Shown: positions 35,461-48,000, counted from the stretch's first letter. The stretch is DNA of 60,391 nucleotides from Candidatus Krumholzibacteriia bacterium (GCA_036478295.1 JAZGDW010000093.1:1-60391); one strand, 5' to 3'. Numbers and translations are program-made. The notes: generated by a model not told the origin, from the letters alone.

Positions 35461-36012
35461 ATGATGCTCCAGCGTGGTGTCGCCAATCGCTATGCGACGG
35501 CGCTCTTCAACTCGGCCCTCGAGGCGCGGATAGCCGAAGAAGTGCGGGACGAGCTGGTCGGATTCAAGGATGTGCTGTCGCAGAACCCGGAGTTCCGCAA
35601 CTTCCTGCTGTCGCCCCAGATCATAACGGAAGACAAGCTGGGCATCATCCACTCGACGGTCGGCAAGAAGGCGTCGGAACTCTTCGTGCGGTTTCTGGTG
35701 CTTCTCATGGAAAAAAAGCGTTTCCTCTTCATTGATGAAATCGCCAACTCCTACAACGAGTTATACGAGCGTCATGCAGGCATTCTCAAGGTAGAGGTCA
35801 CCACTGCGACGCCACTGGACGACAGAATGCGGAAAAAAGTAATCGCCAAGCTTGAAAAGGACACCGGGAAGAAAATACGAATTCAACCGGTCACAGACCC
35901 CGAAATCATCGGGGGAATGATACTTATGATGGAGGACAAGATTATCGACGGCAGCATACGCTTCCAGCTCGAAAAGCTCAGGCGTGAGCTGAGTGCGATT
36001 CGCGTCGCTTAA
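35461..36012 (+). CDS. atpH: F-type ATP synthase F1 subunit delta (OSCP)
   Basis: VANRYATALFNSA N-terminus and IIGGMILMMEDKIIDGSIRFQLEKL C-terminus are typical of delta/OSCP. Confidence 0.85.
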   Translation: MMLQRGVANRYATALFNSALEARIAEEVRDELVGFKDVLSQNPEFRNFLLSPQIITEDKLGIIHSTVGKKASELFVRFLVLLMEKKRFLFIDEIANSYNELYERHAGILKVEVTTATPLDDRMRKKVIAKLEKDTGKKIRIQPVTDPEIIGGMILMMEDKIIDGSIRFQLEKLRRELSAIRVA

Positions 36013-36081
36013 TGGAGAGAATGAATCAGAGCAAGGCATTGGTTCATGTTGGGGCGGTGGATTTTGACGGCCCACGCTCCG

Positions 36082-36188
36082 CTGCACTCGGTCCGATGCG
36101 GGTGGCGGCGAACGGGCGGCCGGCCGCGCGCAGCTTGCGAGCACGGACGGGCTGTTCGCTGACAGGACCCGCATCGGACGCAGTGCAG
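36082..36188 (+). repeat. long imperfect hairpin inside the 262-nt atpH-atpA spacer
   Basis: Arms 36082-36103 (ctgcactcggtccgatgcgggt) and 36167-36188 (acccgcatcggacgcagtgcag) pair at 20 of 22 positions. An inner gcgaac/gttcgc pairing extends the stem. GC-rich 63-nt interior. Confidence 0.75.
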
Positions 36189-36274
36189 GGAAAATCGCCT
36201 CAGACCCCACACGATCCAATGCCCCGGAAGCACAGGTTAGTCAACAGACCCGATCCCAAACAGGAGAACACAGG

Positions 36275-37795
<1,521 letters not shown>

Positions 37796-37819
37796 TTCAG
37801 CCGAACTGAACGGAACCTG

Positions 37820-38731
37820 ATGCCATCGTTACTCGACATAAAATCTCGTATCAAGGCGGTTGAGAATATCAAGAAGATCACGCGCGCCATGCAGCTCGTC
37901 GCCGCAGCCAAGTTCAACCGCGCACAGAACCGCGCGCGCTCGGCCAGGCCGTACAGCGACGAGTTGGACACGGTGTTACGTGCCCTGGCGAGTTTTTCGG
38001 GCGACCTGGACGCCGATGAGGCGTTGGAGCTGTCGTTCTCTGCGGGTGAGGCCCCAATTATGGTCGAGCGCGAGAAGTTGTTCCGGCAGGCAGAGGTCAA
38101 ACGTCCCGGCATCATCCTCGTCACCGCCGACCGCGGGTTGTGCGGCGCTTTCAACACGCGATTGATCCGCTCGGCGCTGGACTTCGTGCAACAGCACCCC
38201 GAAATGGATTGCCGGCTGATCACGATCGGCAAGAAGGGCCATACGTATTTCCAGCGACGGGACATCCCTATCATCTACCACGAGGAAAACATCAGCGATA
38301 AGCTGATCCTGGACGAAGTAAGGCGCATCACCGCCGGCCTGGTTCGCCTATACGTCGAGGATGAAGTCGACGGACTCTACATCATCTATTCACAGTTCAA
38401 AACGGCGATGCAGTCGACCATCCGCGTCGACAAATTCTTGAGCATTCCACCGGTGGCGGGACAGAAGGAGGAAGATGTCTATATTCTCGAGCCCGACCAG
38501 GAAGCGGTTTATGAAACCCTGATCCCGCTCTACGCTACCACCAAGATATTCGCTACCCTGGCGGATTCGTTCGCTTCCGAGTACGGGGCGAGGATGACCG
38601 CCATGGCGTCGGCGACCAGCAACGCCGAGGACATGCTCGAGGAACAGATTCTTCTGCGCAACCGAATGCGGCAAGCGACCATTACCAGGGAGCTGGCGGA
38701 GATCGTAGGCGGCGCCGCGGCCCAAGTGTAA
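37820..38731 (+). CDS. atpG: F-type ATP synthase F1 subunit gamma
   Basis: IKSRIKAVENIKKITRAMQLVAAAKF N-terminus and ITRELAEIVGGAAA C-terminus. Confidence 0.93.
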   Translation: MPSLLDIKSRIKAVENIKKITRAMQLVAAAKFNRAQNRARSARPYSDELDTVLRALASFSGDLDADEALELSFSAGEAPIMVEREKLFRQAEVKRPGIILVTADRGLCGAFNTRLIRSALDFVQQHPEMDCRLITIGKKGHTYFQRRDIPIIYHEENISDKLILDEVRRITAGLVRLYVEDEVDGLYIIYSQFKTAMQSTIRVDKFLSIPPVAGQKEEDVYILEPDQEAVYETLIPLYATTKIFATLADSFASEYGARMTAMASATSNAEDMLEEQILLRNRMRQATITRELAEIVGGAAAQV

Positions 38732-40186
<1,455 letters not shown>

Positions 40187-40206
40187 TAGCGAAACGGAGG
40201 ATTCCA

Positions 40207-40500
40207 TTGGCCGCCACTTATCACTTCAAGATACTGACCCCGAGCCAGAGCGTCCTGGATGCGGAGGTCGTTTCCATCGTCGCCCCGGGCGAGGCCGGGT
40301 ACCTCGGCGTGCTTGCCAACCATGCGCCGTTGATCACCACGTTGACCTCGGGCAAATTGACGGTAACGCGCGAGGGCGCCGAAGACACATATTATCAGTT
40401 GGAAGGCGGTATACTACGGGTCGCTCGTAACTCGGCGGTACTGCTGAGCGAGAAAGTCGAAGAGATAACTGACGCCGAATCGTCGGCAACGCCCGCCTAG
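40207..40500 (+). CDS. atpC: F-type ATP synthase F1 subunit epsilon, short form (beta-sandwich domain only)
   Basis: TTG start. FKILTPSQSVLDAEVVSIVAPGEAGYLGVLANHAPLITTL is typical of the epsilon N-terminal domain. Only 97 aa. The stop overlaps the convergent kinase stop (CTAG), so no room remains for the usual C-terminal helices. Confidence 0.85.
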   Translation: MAATYHFKILTPSQSVLDAEVVSIVAPGEAGYLGVLANHAPLITTLTSGKLTVTREGAEDTYYQLEGGILRVARNSAVLLSEKVEEITDAESSATPA

Positions 40501-42215
40501 TTCTCTTGCACCGGATCCGCGGCCTGCATGATGCCCTGCAGGAATTCATCTTCCGTGTCCACGGGCAGGGTGACGGTGAAGGTGCTGCCCTTCCCCACTT
40601 TGCTTTCCACGGTGAGTTTCCCCTTGTGGAGTTCGACGATATGTTTGGCCAGCGCCAGCCCTATCCCCATCCCCCCCCACTTTCGTGAGCTCGAGCCATC
40701 CAACTGCTGGAACGTGTCGAAAATCGTCGCAAGCTTGTCGTCGCGAATGCCCTGGCCAGTGTCGGTAATCTTGATAAGGATTTCTCCCTGACGCACCTCG
40801 GTGCGAACGGTGACCGCTCCGCCGTGATCGGTGAACTTGATCGCGTTCTGAATGAGGCTCGTGACGACCTGGACCACCTGGCTGTTATCCAGGTACACCA
40901 CGGGTACGTTGGCGCCCGGTTTGAACGTCAGCCTGACGCTATTTTCCTTGGCCAGTTTCTCCATCCGCGACCAGATCGATCTGATGACATCGTGAACGTG
41001 GGACAACGACATATTCAGTCGCTGGGCGGATATCTCGAGCTTCGAGAGATTCAACAGGTTGTTGATCAGCGCCAGGAGGTGTTCTCCGTTTTCCTCGAGA
41101 ACCGCCAGGAACTTTTCGCGGTTTTCCGCTGACAGGCTTGGATCCTTCAGTGACTCGGTGTAAGCGATGATTATGCTCAGCGGTGTGCGCAGCTCGTGGC
41201 TGATATTGGCCAGAAACTCACTCTTCATCTGGTCGACCTGCGTCAATTTGCGGTTGACCTCTTGCAGGTTCTTGTTTTGGTAAATAATCTGCTGTTCCAG
41301 CATCCGGCGCTGCGACACATTGTGGGCGATCATCTGGATGAACACGTTGTCTTTGAACTTGATCAGGTTCGCGTTGATGTCCACGTAGATAACGTTTCCA
41401 TCCCGGCTGATCATCCGGCGGTCGAGAAACGCCCTCTCTTTCTCGCTCAGAACGTTGATAAAGTCGCGGCGAGCCAGGTATTGATCCTCATGCGCGAACA
41501 GATCGAAGTAGGACAGCTCCATGAGCTCGCGTTTGGAATAGCCCAGGACGCTCTCACATTTGCGGTTCACCTCGACGAGCCTGCCCGTATTACGATCGAC
41601 GGTCATGATGATGTCGTTCGCCGTCTCCAGAAGGGTCTTGTAGCGATTGCTCAGATCCTGGGCCTCGAGACGGAGAAGCGTATGCTCGATGGCCAGGCTC
41701 GCGAACTTCGCGCAGTTTTGTAGCACCTCGAGATCGTTGTCGTTAAAAACGTTCGGGCGATAACTGCCGACGTTCAGCGTGCCGATGAGCCCGCCCCGCA
41801 GGGTCAAGGGCACGACCATGTCGCTGCGCAGCGGCTCCTCGGTCACGACTTCCTTAAAGTCGTCGTTCTCCTGGATGTCGTGGCGCACCAACGGCTGGTT
41901 GTGGATGGCAACCCAACCGATGACGGAATCTTTGTCTATCGGGATCTCCCGCCCTTCCCCGAACTTGGCGGGTTGCCCGGTACCTTTGTGGACGCTGCGC
42001 AGGACGAGTGATTTCTTGTCCGGCGTCAGAAACGCCACGCTCGAACGGTCGAAGTCAATAACGCGCCCGACTTCTCTCGTGATGGAGGACAGAATCTGTT
42101 CCAGGTCGGTGGCCTCGATCATCGCATTCGCGATTCTCACGAAGGCGAGGAGTTGCTCGTTGAGGCTCGTGAGGGGGAATCGGATCGCCCCGTTGCCCGT
42201 CGTTTCCTTCGACAT
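40497..42215 (-). CDS. cytoplasmic GAF-PAS sensor histidine kinase
   Basis: No TM segments. GAF-like N-terminal half, PAS region (DRNTGRLVEVNRKCESVLGYSKRELM), H-box FLANISHELRTPLSII. HATPase_c ITDTGQGI...GGMGIGLALAKHIVELHKG. Confidence 0.88.
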   Translation of the reverse strand: MSKETTGNGAIRFPLTSLNEQLLAFVRIANAMIEATDLEQILSSITREVGRVIDFDRSSVAFLTPDKKSLVLRSVHKGTGQPAKFGEGREIPIDKDSVIGWVAIHNQPLVRHDIQENDDFKEVVTEEPLRSDMVVPLTLRGGLIGTLNVGSYRPNVFNDNDLEVLQNCAKFASLAIEHTLLRLEAQDLSNRYKTLLETANDIIMTVDRNTGRLVEVNRKCESVLGYSKRELMELSYFDLFAHEDQYLARRDFINVLSEKERAFLDRRMISRDGNVIYVDINANLIKFKDNVFIQMIAHNVSQRRMLEQQIIYQNKNLQEVNRKLTQVDQMKSEFLANISHELRTPLSIIIAYTESLKDPSLSAENREKFLAVLEENGEHLLALINNLLNLSKLEISAQRLNMSLSHVHDVIRSIWSRMEKLAKENSVRLTFKPGANVPVVYLDNSQVVQVVTSLIQNAIKFTDHGGAVTVRTEVRQGEILIKITDTGQGIRDDKLATIFDTFQQLDGSSSRKWGGMGIGLALAKHIVELHKGKLTVESKVGKGSTFTVTLPVDTEDEFLQGIMQAADPVQEN

Positions 42216-42376
42216 CTGCTACCTTTGCATGACTTCTGAGCTGTTTTGCACAGCGTAACGATGCGTACGAGTGCTAACTTAAATATACACAACATGTTAC
42301 TAAATCTATGCTATGGGGCAGCAGGAAGCGTTCCAATTTGAAACCGGTGATTCATTCCGTTAGAATACTGTGAGTT

Positions 42377-44317
42377 ATGGTGAAACCTTTGAGGAAAAAA
42401 CGGCGCGGCGGCCCCGCGACGAGACAGCAGAAAACCCGGCCGGAGCCCTTCTCAATACTGGAACGGAAGCAATCATTTGGGCGGGGCGAAATTAAAATCG
42501 TGGCGCTCGTGTTCTTCCTCGCTCTGGCGCTTCGCCTGGTCTTTTTCTTTGTGAACAAGGCCGGTAATCCGCTGTTCTACCATCCCGTTCTCGATTCGCT
42601 CTTTCATCACCGATGGGCCGAGGAGATCCTCTCCGGTAGCTTCTGGGGCAGTGATGTGTTCTTTCGCGCGCCGCTCTACCCCTATTTCCTCGCACTCCTC
42701 TACAAGGTCAGCGGCTCCAGTATCGCTTTCGCCGTGCTTAGTCAACATGTGATCGGGGCGCTGAGCGTGGTTCTCGTCTACTTGCTGGCGAGGGAGTTCT
42801 TCGTCGCCCGGGTGGCGGTCCTCGCGAGTACCATGGCGGCGCTGTACTGGCCTCTCATCTATTTCGAGGGAAGCCTGCTCATCGTGACCCTGATCGTATT
42901 CCTGGACCTGGTCGCGCTGCTTCTCGTGAGCGTGTCCGTCCGGAGGCGGAACCTGGGGTGGTTCCTCGCCGCAGGGCTGGTGCTCGGGCTGTCAGCCACC
43001 GCGCGACCCAGCATCCTGGTTCTTGTTCCCGTGCTCCCACTGGTGCTGTTCCTCAACCGGCGGGCCGTCGGCCCTGCAAGGAGCCGCGTGTGGCACAAAC
43101 AGACTGCGGCGGTTCTCGCGGGACTGATCGTCGTCGTCACGCCGGTTCTGGTGCGAAACTATGTGGTCGGCCGGGACTTCGTTCCTATCGCGTCCCAAGG
43201 GGGCGTCAATTTCTTCATCGGCAACAATCCGCTTTCCAACGGCAGCCAGGCCGTCGTGCCCGGAGCGCGCGCGGACCTGGAGGGAACATTCCGCGGCGCC
43301 ATCGAGCTGGCCGAACGCGACGTGGGGCGTCCGATGAAACCGTCCGAGGTCTCGGACTACTACTTCAAGAAAGGTTTCGGGTTTATCTTCGGCTCCCCCG
43401 CCGAATCCGCCTCTCTCACGCTCAAGAAATTCTACTTTTTCTGGGCCGGTGTGGAGCGGTCCAACAACCAGTATATTCAGTTCTTCTGGCGCCATTTCGG
43501 CCTCGGACAAGTTCCGCTGCCGGGCTTCTGGCTCATCGGGCCGCTGGCGTTGATGGGCGGAGTCGTGCTTTGGAGGCGCCGGCGTGAGCTTTCCCTGTTC
43601 TATCTCTTTGTCGCGAGTTACATGGTCGGCGTCGTCGCCTTCTTCGTCAACGCGCGTTTCCGCCTGCCCGTGGCGCCGGTACTGATGATCTTCGCGGCCT
43701 ACGCGGTCTGTTATCTGTTCTACACATTTCGCAACGATGGCGCGATGTTGTTGAAGGCTGTCGGGGTGCTCGCCGCCTGCGGCCTTTTTGTGAACTATGA
43801 CTTCGTCAAGTTTCGCGGCGTTCGCGCGCTCGACGAAGCGGTCTCGTGGTACGAGCTCGGAAACGCCTACCTCGCGGACGACAAGGACCACTCCGCCCTG
43901 CAGGCGTTCGAGAGGGCGCGGGGAATGCAGGAACGGTATCCGACGCGGGGATACATGCAGATATCGGAAATCGTCGATTACAACCTCGGCATTCTATACT
44001 GGGAGAAAGGCCTGTATTCGCGCGCCATCGACGCCCTCGAGCGTATCCAGCGGAACGAATCCGCCGCGACGAGCACGCGGCGCATCCTGGCGGACAGCTA
44101 CTTCAGAGTCGGTCGCCTGCAGGAGGCGCTCGCCGCCTACTCGCGTATCGTCGAAGGCTCGGCCAGCGACATGAGGGGACTCCTGGGGATGGCGAAGGTG
44201 TACAAGAAGCTCGGGCAAATCGGGAAAGCCCAAGAAATTATCAACAGACTACGATCGCTCTACCCCGGCGACCGGGGGCTTGAGGCAGAATTGCGGGCCC
44301 TGGGGCTCGACGGGTAA
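42377..44317 (+). CDS. GT39/ArnT-PMT_2-like membrane glycosyltransferase with C-terminal TPR domain
   Basis: FHHRWAEEILSGSFWGSDVFFRAPLYPYFLALLYKVSGSSIAFAVLSQHVIG. Polytopic N-terminal ~450 aa. TPR-like YELGNAYLADDKDHSALQAFERA... tail. Confidence 0.75.
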   Translation: MVKPLRKKRRGGPATRQQKTRPEPFSILERKQSFGRGEIKIVALVFFLALALRLVFFFVNKAGNPLFYHPVLDSLFHHRWAEEILSGSFWGSDVFFRAPLYPYFLALLYKVSGSSIAFAVLSQHVIGALSVVLVYLLAREFFVARVAVLASTMAALYWPLIYFEGSLLIVTLIVFLDLVALLLVSVSVRRRNLGWFLAAGLVLGLSATARPSILVLVPVLPLVLFLNRRAVGPARSRVWHKQTAAVLAGLIVVVTPVLVRNYVVGRDFVPIASQGGVNFFIGNNPLSNGSQAVVPGARADLEGTFRGAIELAERDVGRPMKPSEVSDYYFKKGFGFIFGSPAESASLTLKKFYFFWAGVERSNNQYIQFFWRHFGLGQVPLPGFWLIGPLALMGGVVLWRRRRELSLFYLFVASYMVGVVAFFVNARFRLPVAPVLMIFAAYAVCYLFYTFRNDGAMLLKAVGVLAACGLFVNYDFVKFRGVRALDEAVSWYELGNAYLADDKDHSALQAFERARGMQERYPTRGYMQISEIVDYNLGILYWEKGLYSRAIDALERIQRNESAATSTRRILADSYFRVGRLQEALAAYSRIVEGSASDMRGLLGMAKVYKKLGQIGKAQEIINRLRSLYPGDRGLEAELRALGLDG

Positions 44318-44334
44318 CGGACAGGCGAAATCAC

Positions 44335-46293
44335 GTGGCCAGTCATTCCAGAAAGAAAAAGCGAGCGGCAAAAGCACAAACGCCCGCGCTCGAGACCTTC
44401 AACGGATTCGATGCGTCGCCGGTGCTCGACCGGAGCGACCTGCGCAACCTCGCCATCGTGGTGGCGTTGGCGCTGGCGGTCCGCCTCTGCTTCTTCCTGC
44501 TCAGCCGGGCCAACAACCCTCTCTTTTTCAATCCGATCATGGACGGGCTCTATCATCACGAATGGGCCACGGACATTCTCGGCGGCAACTTCTGGGGTAG
44601 CGAAGTTTTCTTCCGGGCGCCGCTCTATCCCTATTTTCTCGCGCTACTCTACAAAATATCGGGTTCCAGTATCGCGTTCGCGCTCATCTGCCAGCAGTTG
44701 ATCGGCACCGGCATCACGGTCATGGTTTACCTGCTTTCGCGCCGATTCTTCAAGCGGGGCATCTCGCTGATCTCCGCGGTGACCACAGCCCTGTACTGGC
44801 CGTTTCTCTATTTCGAGGGTGACCTGTTGATAGTTACCTTCATCATGTTTCTCAACATGCTGGCGCTCTTGCTTCTCGCGAGATCACTGCACAGACCCGG
44901 CGTGGCCCTGCTGATTTCCGCCGGTGTCGTTTTGGGTCTTTCCGCGGTTGCGCGACCCAGCATTCTGGCATTTTTTGCCGTCATCCCACTCGTCTTCTAT
45001 TTCGATGCGCTGCGCAGTGGAGGGGTTTCCGGTTCGCCGCGCCGCTGGATTCGGCACAGCCTGCTGGTCTACATCGGCGCCGCCGCTATGATCGCGCCGG
45101 TACTCGTTCGTAACTACGTCGTGGGCCGGGATTTTGTGCCTATCGCTTCGCAGGGTGGAGTGAACTTCTACATCGGCAACAACCCCAACTCCGACGGCGC
45201 CACCGCCATCGTCCCCGGCACGCGGTGGGACTGGTGGGGAGGGTATGAGGACGCCGTTCGCATGGCCGAAGAGGCCCGGGGCACCAAGCTGAAACCGTCG
45301 CAGGTGTCCAACCACTATTTTCGTAAGGGACTCAGCTTTATCTTTTCCTCGCCGGACCGATCGCTGCCGCTGCTCGCGAAAAAGTTCTACCTGTTCTGGG
45401 CGGGCGGCGAGCGTTCCAACAACAAATCGATTTACTTTTTCTGGCACCAGTCCGGGATGGGCAAGGTCCCACTGCCGGGTTTCTGGCTCATCGCGCCGTT
45501 TGGCATCGCGGGGGGCGTTCTGTTGTGGCGGAGGAGATCGGAATTGTGGCTACTCTACCTTTTCGCGGCCAGCTACATGCTGGGCGTCGTGGCGTTTTTC
45601 GTGAACGCCAGGTTCCGGTTACCCGTAGTGCCGATTCTTATCATCTTCGGCGCCTACGCAGCTTCTTACCTGTGGGACGTCGTCCGCAAGAGACGTGCGA
45701 CCGGGCTGAAGTTCGTGCTGTTGTTGCTCGTCTGTTTCATCGCCATCGATTCGGAATTCGCCCGTTTCCGCGAAAACAAGGTGCACGCCCTGTCCATCCC
45801 GCATTACACACTTGGAAACGCCTACCTGAAAACGGGGGATACCGTCAGCGCCATCCGTGAGTACGAAGCGGCACTGAACGCGTATAACACCTACCGGCTT
45901 CCCGGTTTCGAACTGATCGGGCGTAACGTCATCTACAACCTGGGGAGACTCTACTGGGCACAGGGCGACTGCGCCCGCGCCATCGGCTACCTGCAACGCG
46001 TGGGCGGCAACGACCGCTACACGGTTCTGGCCAACGTGTGCCTCGCGGAGTGCTACGTCAAGGTAAGCCGTTTCCTGGATGCCATTCGGCTCTACGAGGC
46101 CATCCTCGAGCAAGCGCCGCAAACGCCGGAAGCGCAGCCTGGTCTGTCCGCGGCACTGGTGGGCCAGGCGAGCGTCTACCGCCGAAACGGAGACAAACAA
46201 AGGGCGCTCGAATACTACAACCGGGCCCGGTCAGCCAATCCGGACAATCTCTCGATCGACCGGGAAATCGAGTCACTACAGAGGGACGGCTAG
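44335..46293 (+). CDS. GT39/ArnT-PMT_2-like membrane glycosyltransferase with C-terminal TPR domain (tandem paralogue)
   Basis: YHHEWATDILGGNFWGSEVFFRAPLYPYFLALLYKISGSSIAFALICQQLIG and VRNYVVGRDFVPIASQGGVNFYIGNNP are nearly identical to the upstream gene (VRNYVVGRDFVPIASQGGVNFFIGNNP). Confidence 0.75.
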   Translation: MASHSRKKKRAAKAQTPALETFNGFDASPVLDRSDLRNLAIVVALALAVRLCFFLLSRANNPLFFNPIMDGLYHHEWATDILGGNFWGSEVFFRAPLYPYFLALLYKISGSSIAFALICQQLIGTGITVMVYLLSRRFFKRGISLISAVTTALYWPFLYFEGDLLIVTFIMFLNMLALLLLARSLHRPGVALLISAGVVLGLSAVARPSILAFFAVIPLVFYFDALRSGGVSGSPRRWIRHSLLVYIGAAAMIAPVLVRNYVVGRDFVPIASQGGVNFYIGNNPNSDGATAIVPGTRWDWWGGYEDAVRMAEEARGTKLKPSQVSNHYFRKGLSFIFSSPDRSLPLLAKKFYLFWAGGERSNNKSIYFFWHQSGMGKVPLPGFWLIAPFGIAGGVLLWRRRSELWLLYLFAASYMLGVVAFFVNARFRLPVVPILIIFGAYAASYLWDVVRKRRATGLKFVLLLLVCFIAIDSEFARFRENKVHALSIPHYTLGNAYLKTGDTVSAIREYEAALNAYNTYRLPGFELIGRNVIYNLGRLYWAQGDCARAIGYLQRVGGNDRYTVLANVCLAECYVKVSRFLDAIRLYEAILEQAPQTPEAQPGLSAALVGQASVYRRNGDKQRALEYYNRARSANPDNLSIDREIESLQRDG

Positions 46294-46294
46294 T

Positions 46295-47230
46295 GTGACC
46301 CGAGAATCGCGCATCTCAGTGGTCGAAATCGGCACCAATTCCATCAAACTCGTGATCGCCAGGGTCACGGGCGGCGGTGGTTTCCAGGTCGTCCGGTTCT
46401 CGAAACAGACGACGCGCATCGGGCGCGGTCTCGGCGGGGGCGACAGGATTTCGCCGCGCGCCATCGACGAGACCGTTACAGCTTTGGAGGCTTTCAACCA
46501 GCATCTCGATGACGACACCCGCCGCTTCGCGTTCTCTACTTATGCGATGCGCAAAGCTATCGACTCGACGCGCACGGTGCGCGAACTGGAAAAGACCCTC
46601 GGCTGCCCACTGAGAATCCTCACCGGCAGAGAGGAGGCCCGCTTCGCCTACCACAGCGCTCGCCATTCGCTGAGGCTCGCCGGCCAGGCGGCGGTTTTGG
46701 TCGACATCGGCGGCGGCTCGACCGAAGTCGTGTTTGCGGAAAAGAACCGGGTGCTGCGCGCCCGCTCGATCCCGTTGGGCGCCCTCCATCTCACCGAGCG
46801 GTTTCTCCACAGCGATCCCGTTGCACCGGACGAATTCGCGGCGATGGTAAGCCACATCCGCACAAAAGTCACCTTCACCCTCCAGAGCATGTCCATTACC
46901 AAGCGCGCGCCGACCCCGTTCGAAATCGTCGCCTCCGGCGGCACGGCGACGACGATCGTGGGCATGATCGGCGGCGACCGCTTCCACGCCGGCACGCGCG
47001 TCCGATCGACGGACATCTCGATGTGCCTGCAACTTCTGCTGCCGAAACCCATCTCGGAGCGCAAGCGGGTCCCCGGGCTCGAGCCGAACCGCGCCGACAT
47101 CATGCCCGCAGGCCTCGCCATTGCGAGCGCTTTCCTCCGCGGCACCGGCAAGCGCGTACTCCGTGTCAACCCAGGCGGCGTACGCGAGGGAGTTCTGCTC
47201 CACCTTATCGAAAATAATCTGCAATGGTAG
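46295..47230 (+). CDS. Ppx/GppA-family phosphatase (N-terminal actin-like ATPase domains only)
   Basis: GTG at 46295 immediately after the upstream stop. ISVVEIGTNSIKLVIA and VLVDIGGGSTEV motifs. ~311 aa, no HD-type C-terminal domain. Confidence 0.8.
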   Translation: MTRESRISVVEIGTNSIKLVIARVTGGGGFQVVRFSKQTTRIGRGLGGGDRISPRAIDETVTALEAFNQHLDDDTRRFAFSTYAMRKAIDSTRTVRELEKTLGCPLRILTGREEARFAYHSARHSLRLAGQAAVLVDIGGGSTEVVFAEKNRVLRARSIPLGALHLTERFLHSDPVAPDEFAAMVSHIRTKVTFTLQSMSITKRAPTPFEIVASGGTATTIVGMIGGDRFHAGTRVRSTDISMCLQLLLPKPISERKRVPGLEPNRADIMPAGLAIASAFLRGTGKRVLRVNPGGVREGVLLHLIENNLQW

Positions 47231-47930
47231 CGGAGAAAACGCTCCACGGAGGGGTCGCCGGTGGGGAGGCGACGAGGCGGACTTGCTGGTCGCGGGTGGG
47301 GTGTTTGACGACGAGCACTCCGGCGTGAAGCGCGATCTCGCGATCGGCAAGCGGCTCCCGGGCACCGTACTTGAGATCGCCGGCCACCGGATGTCCCATG
47401 TCGGCCAGCTGGAGCCGGATCTGGTGGTGGCGACCGGTCGTGGGCGTCACCTCGAGCAGGCTGTAGCCCTTTTTTCGTCCCAGCACCCGGTAGGAGAGTA
47501 TGGCGTGCTTGGCGTCGTTGCCCGGACCGGTCTCGATGCGAGATTTCAGATGGGCTCTCTTGATGAACGCCTCGAGACGTCCTTCATCCGCCCCGACCCG
47601 CCCGATGACGACCGCGAAGTAGACCTTGTGGACGCGCCTCAGCCGAAACTCGCCCGTCAGCCGTGAAGCGGCTTTGGACGTGCGCGCAAAAAGTACAACG
47701 CCCGATACCGGTCGATCGATGCGGTGGACCAGCCCGAGAAACACGTTCCCCGGCTTGTCGTACTTCGCCCTCAGGTAGTCCTTTCCCGCCTCGAGCAGCG
47801 TCGGGTCACCGGTCTTGTCACCCTGGACCAGGAGGCCGGCCGGCTTTTCGACCGCCAGCAGGTGGTTGTCCTCATAGAGGACCTTCAGGTCCGTTGGGCG
47901 CCGTCCGCCTCTAGCCCCGGAGCCGGCCAT
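47205..47930 (-). CDS. RluA-family pseudouridine synthase
   Basis: LYEDNHLLAVEKPAGLLVQ and catalytic-Asp motif LVHRIDRPVSGVVLFARTSKAA. Convergent 26-nt overlap with the Ppx-family gene. Confidence 0.85.
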   Translation of the reverse strand: MAGSGARGGRRPTDLKVLYEDNHLLAVEKPAGLLVQGDKTGDPTLLEAGKDYLRAKYDKPGNVFLGLVHRIDRPVSGVVLFARTSKAASRLTGEFRLRRVHKVYFAVVIGRVGADEGRLEAFIKRAHLKSRIETGPGNDAKHAILSYRVLGRKKGYSLLEVTPTTGRHHQIRLQLADMGHPVAGDLKYGAREPLADREIALHAGVLVVKHPTRDQQVRLVASPPATPPWSVFSATIADYFR

Positions 47931-47958
47931 TGACAGTCCCTCGATTCCGTATTATACT
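47930..47958 (+). promoter_or_regulatory. sigma70-type promoter for the arsR-family/P1B-ATPase operon
   Basis: TTGACA (47930-47935), 17-nt spacer, TATACT (47953-47958). Confidence 0.55.
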
Positions 47959-47964
47959 AACGAG

Positions 47965-47978
47965 TGAACAATTGTTCA
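47965..47978. promoter_or_regulatory. ArsR/SmtB-type operator palindrome
   Basis: Perfect 14-bp palindrome TGAACAATTGTTCA, 7 nt downstream of the -10 hexamer and 23 nt upstream of the repressor ATG. Resembles the TGAACA..TGTTCA-type half-sites of SmtB/CzrA-family operators. Confidence 0.6.
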
Positions 47979-48000
47979 TCTATCAACATCAAAACCAAGA

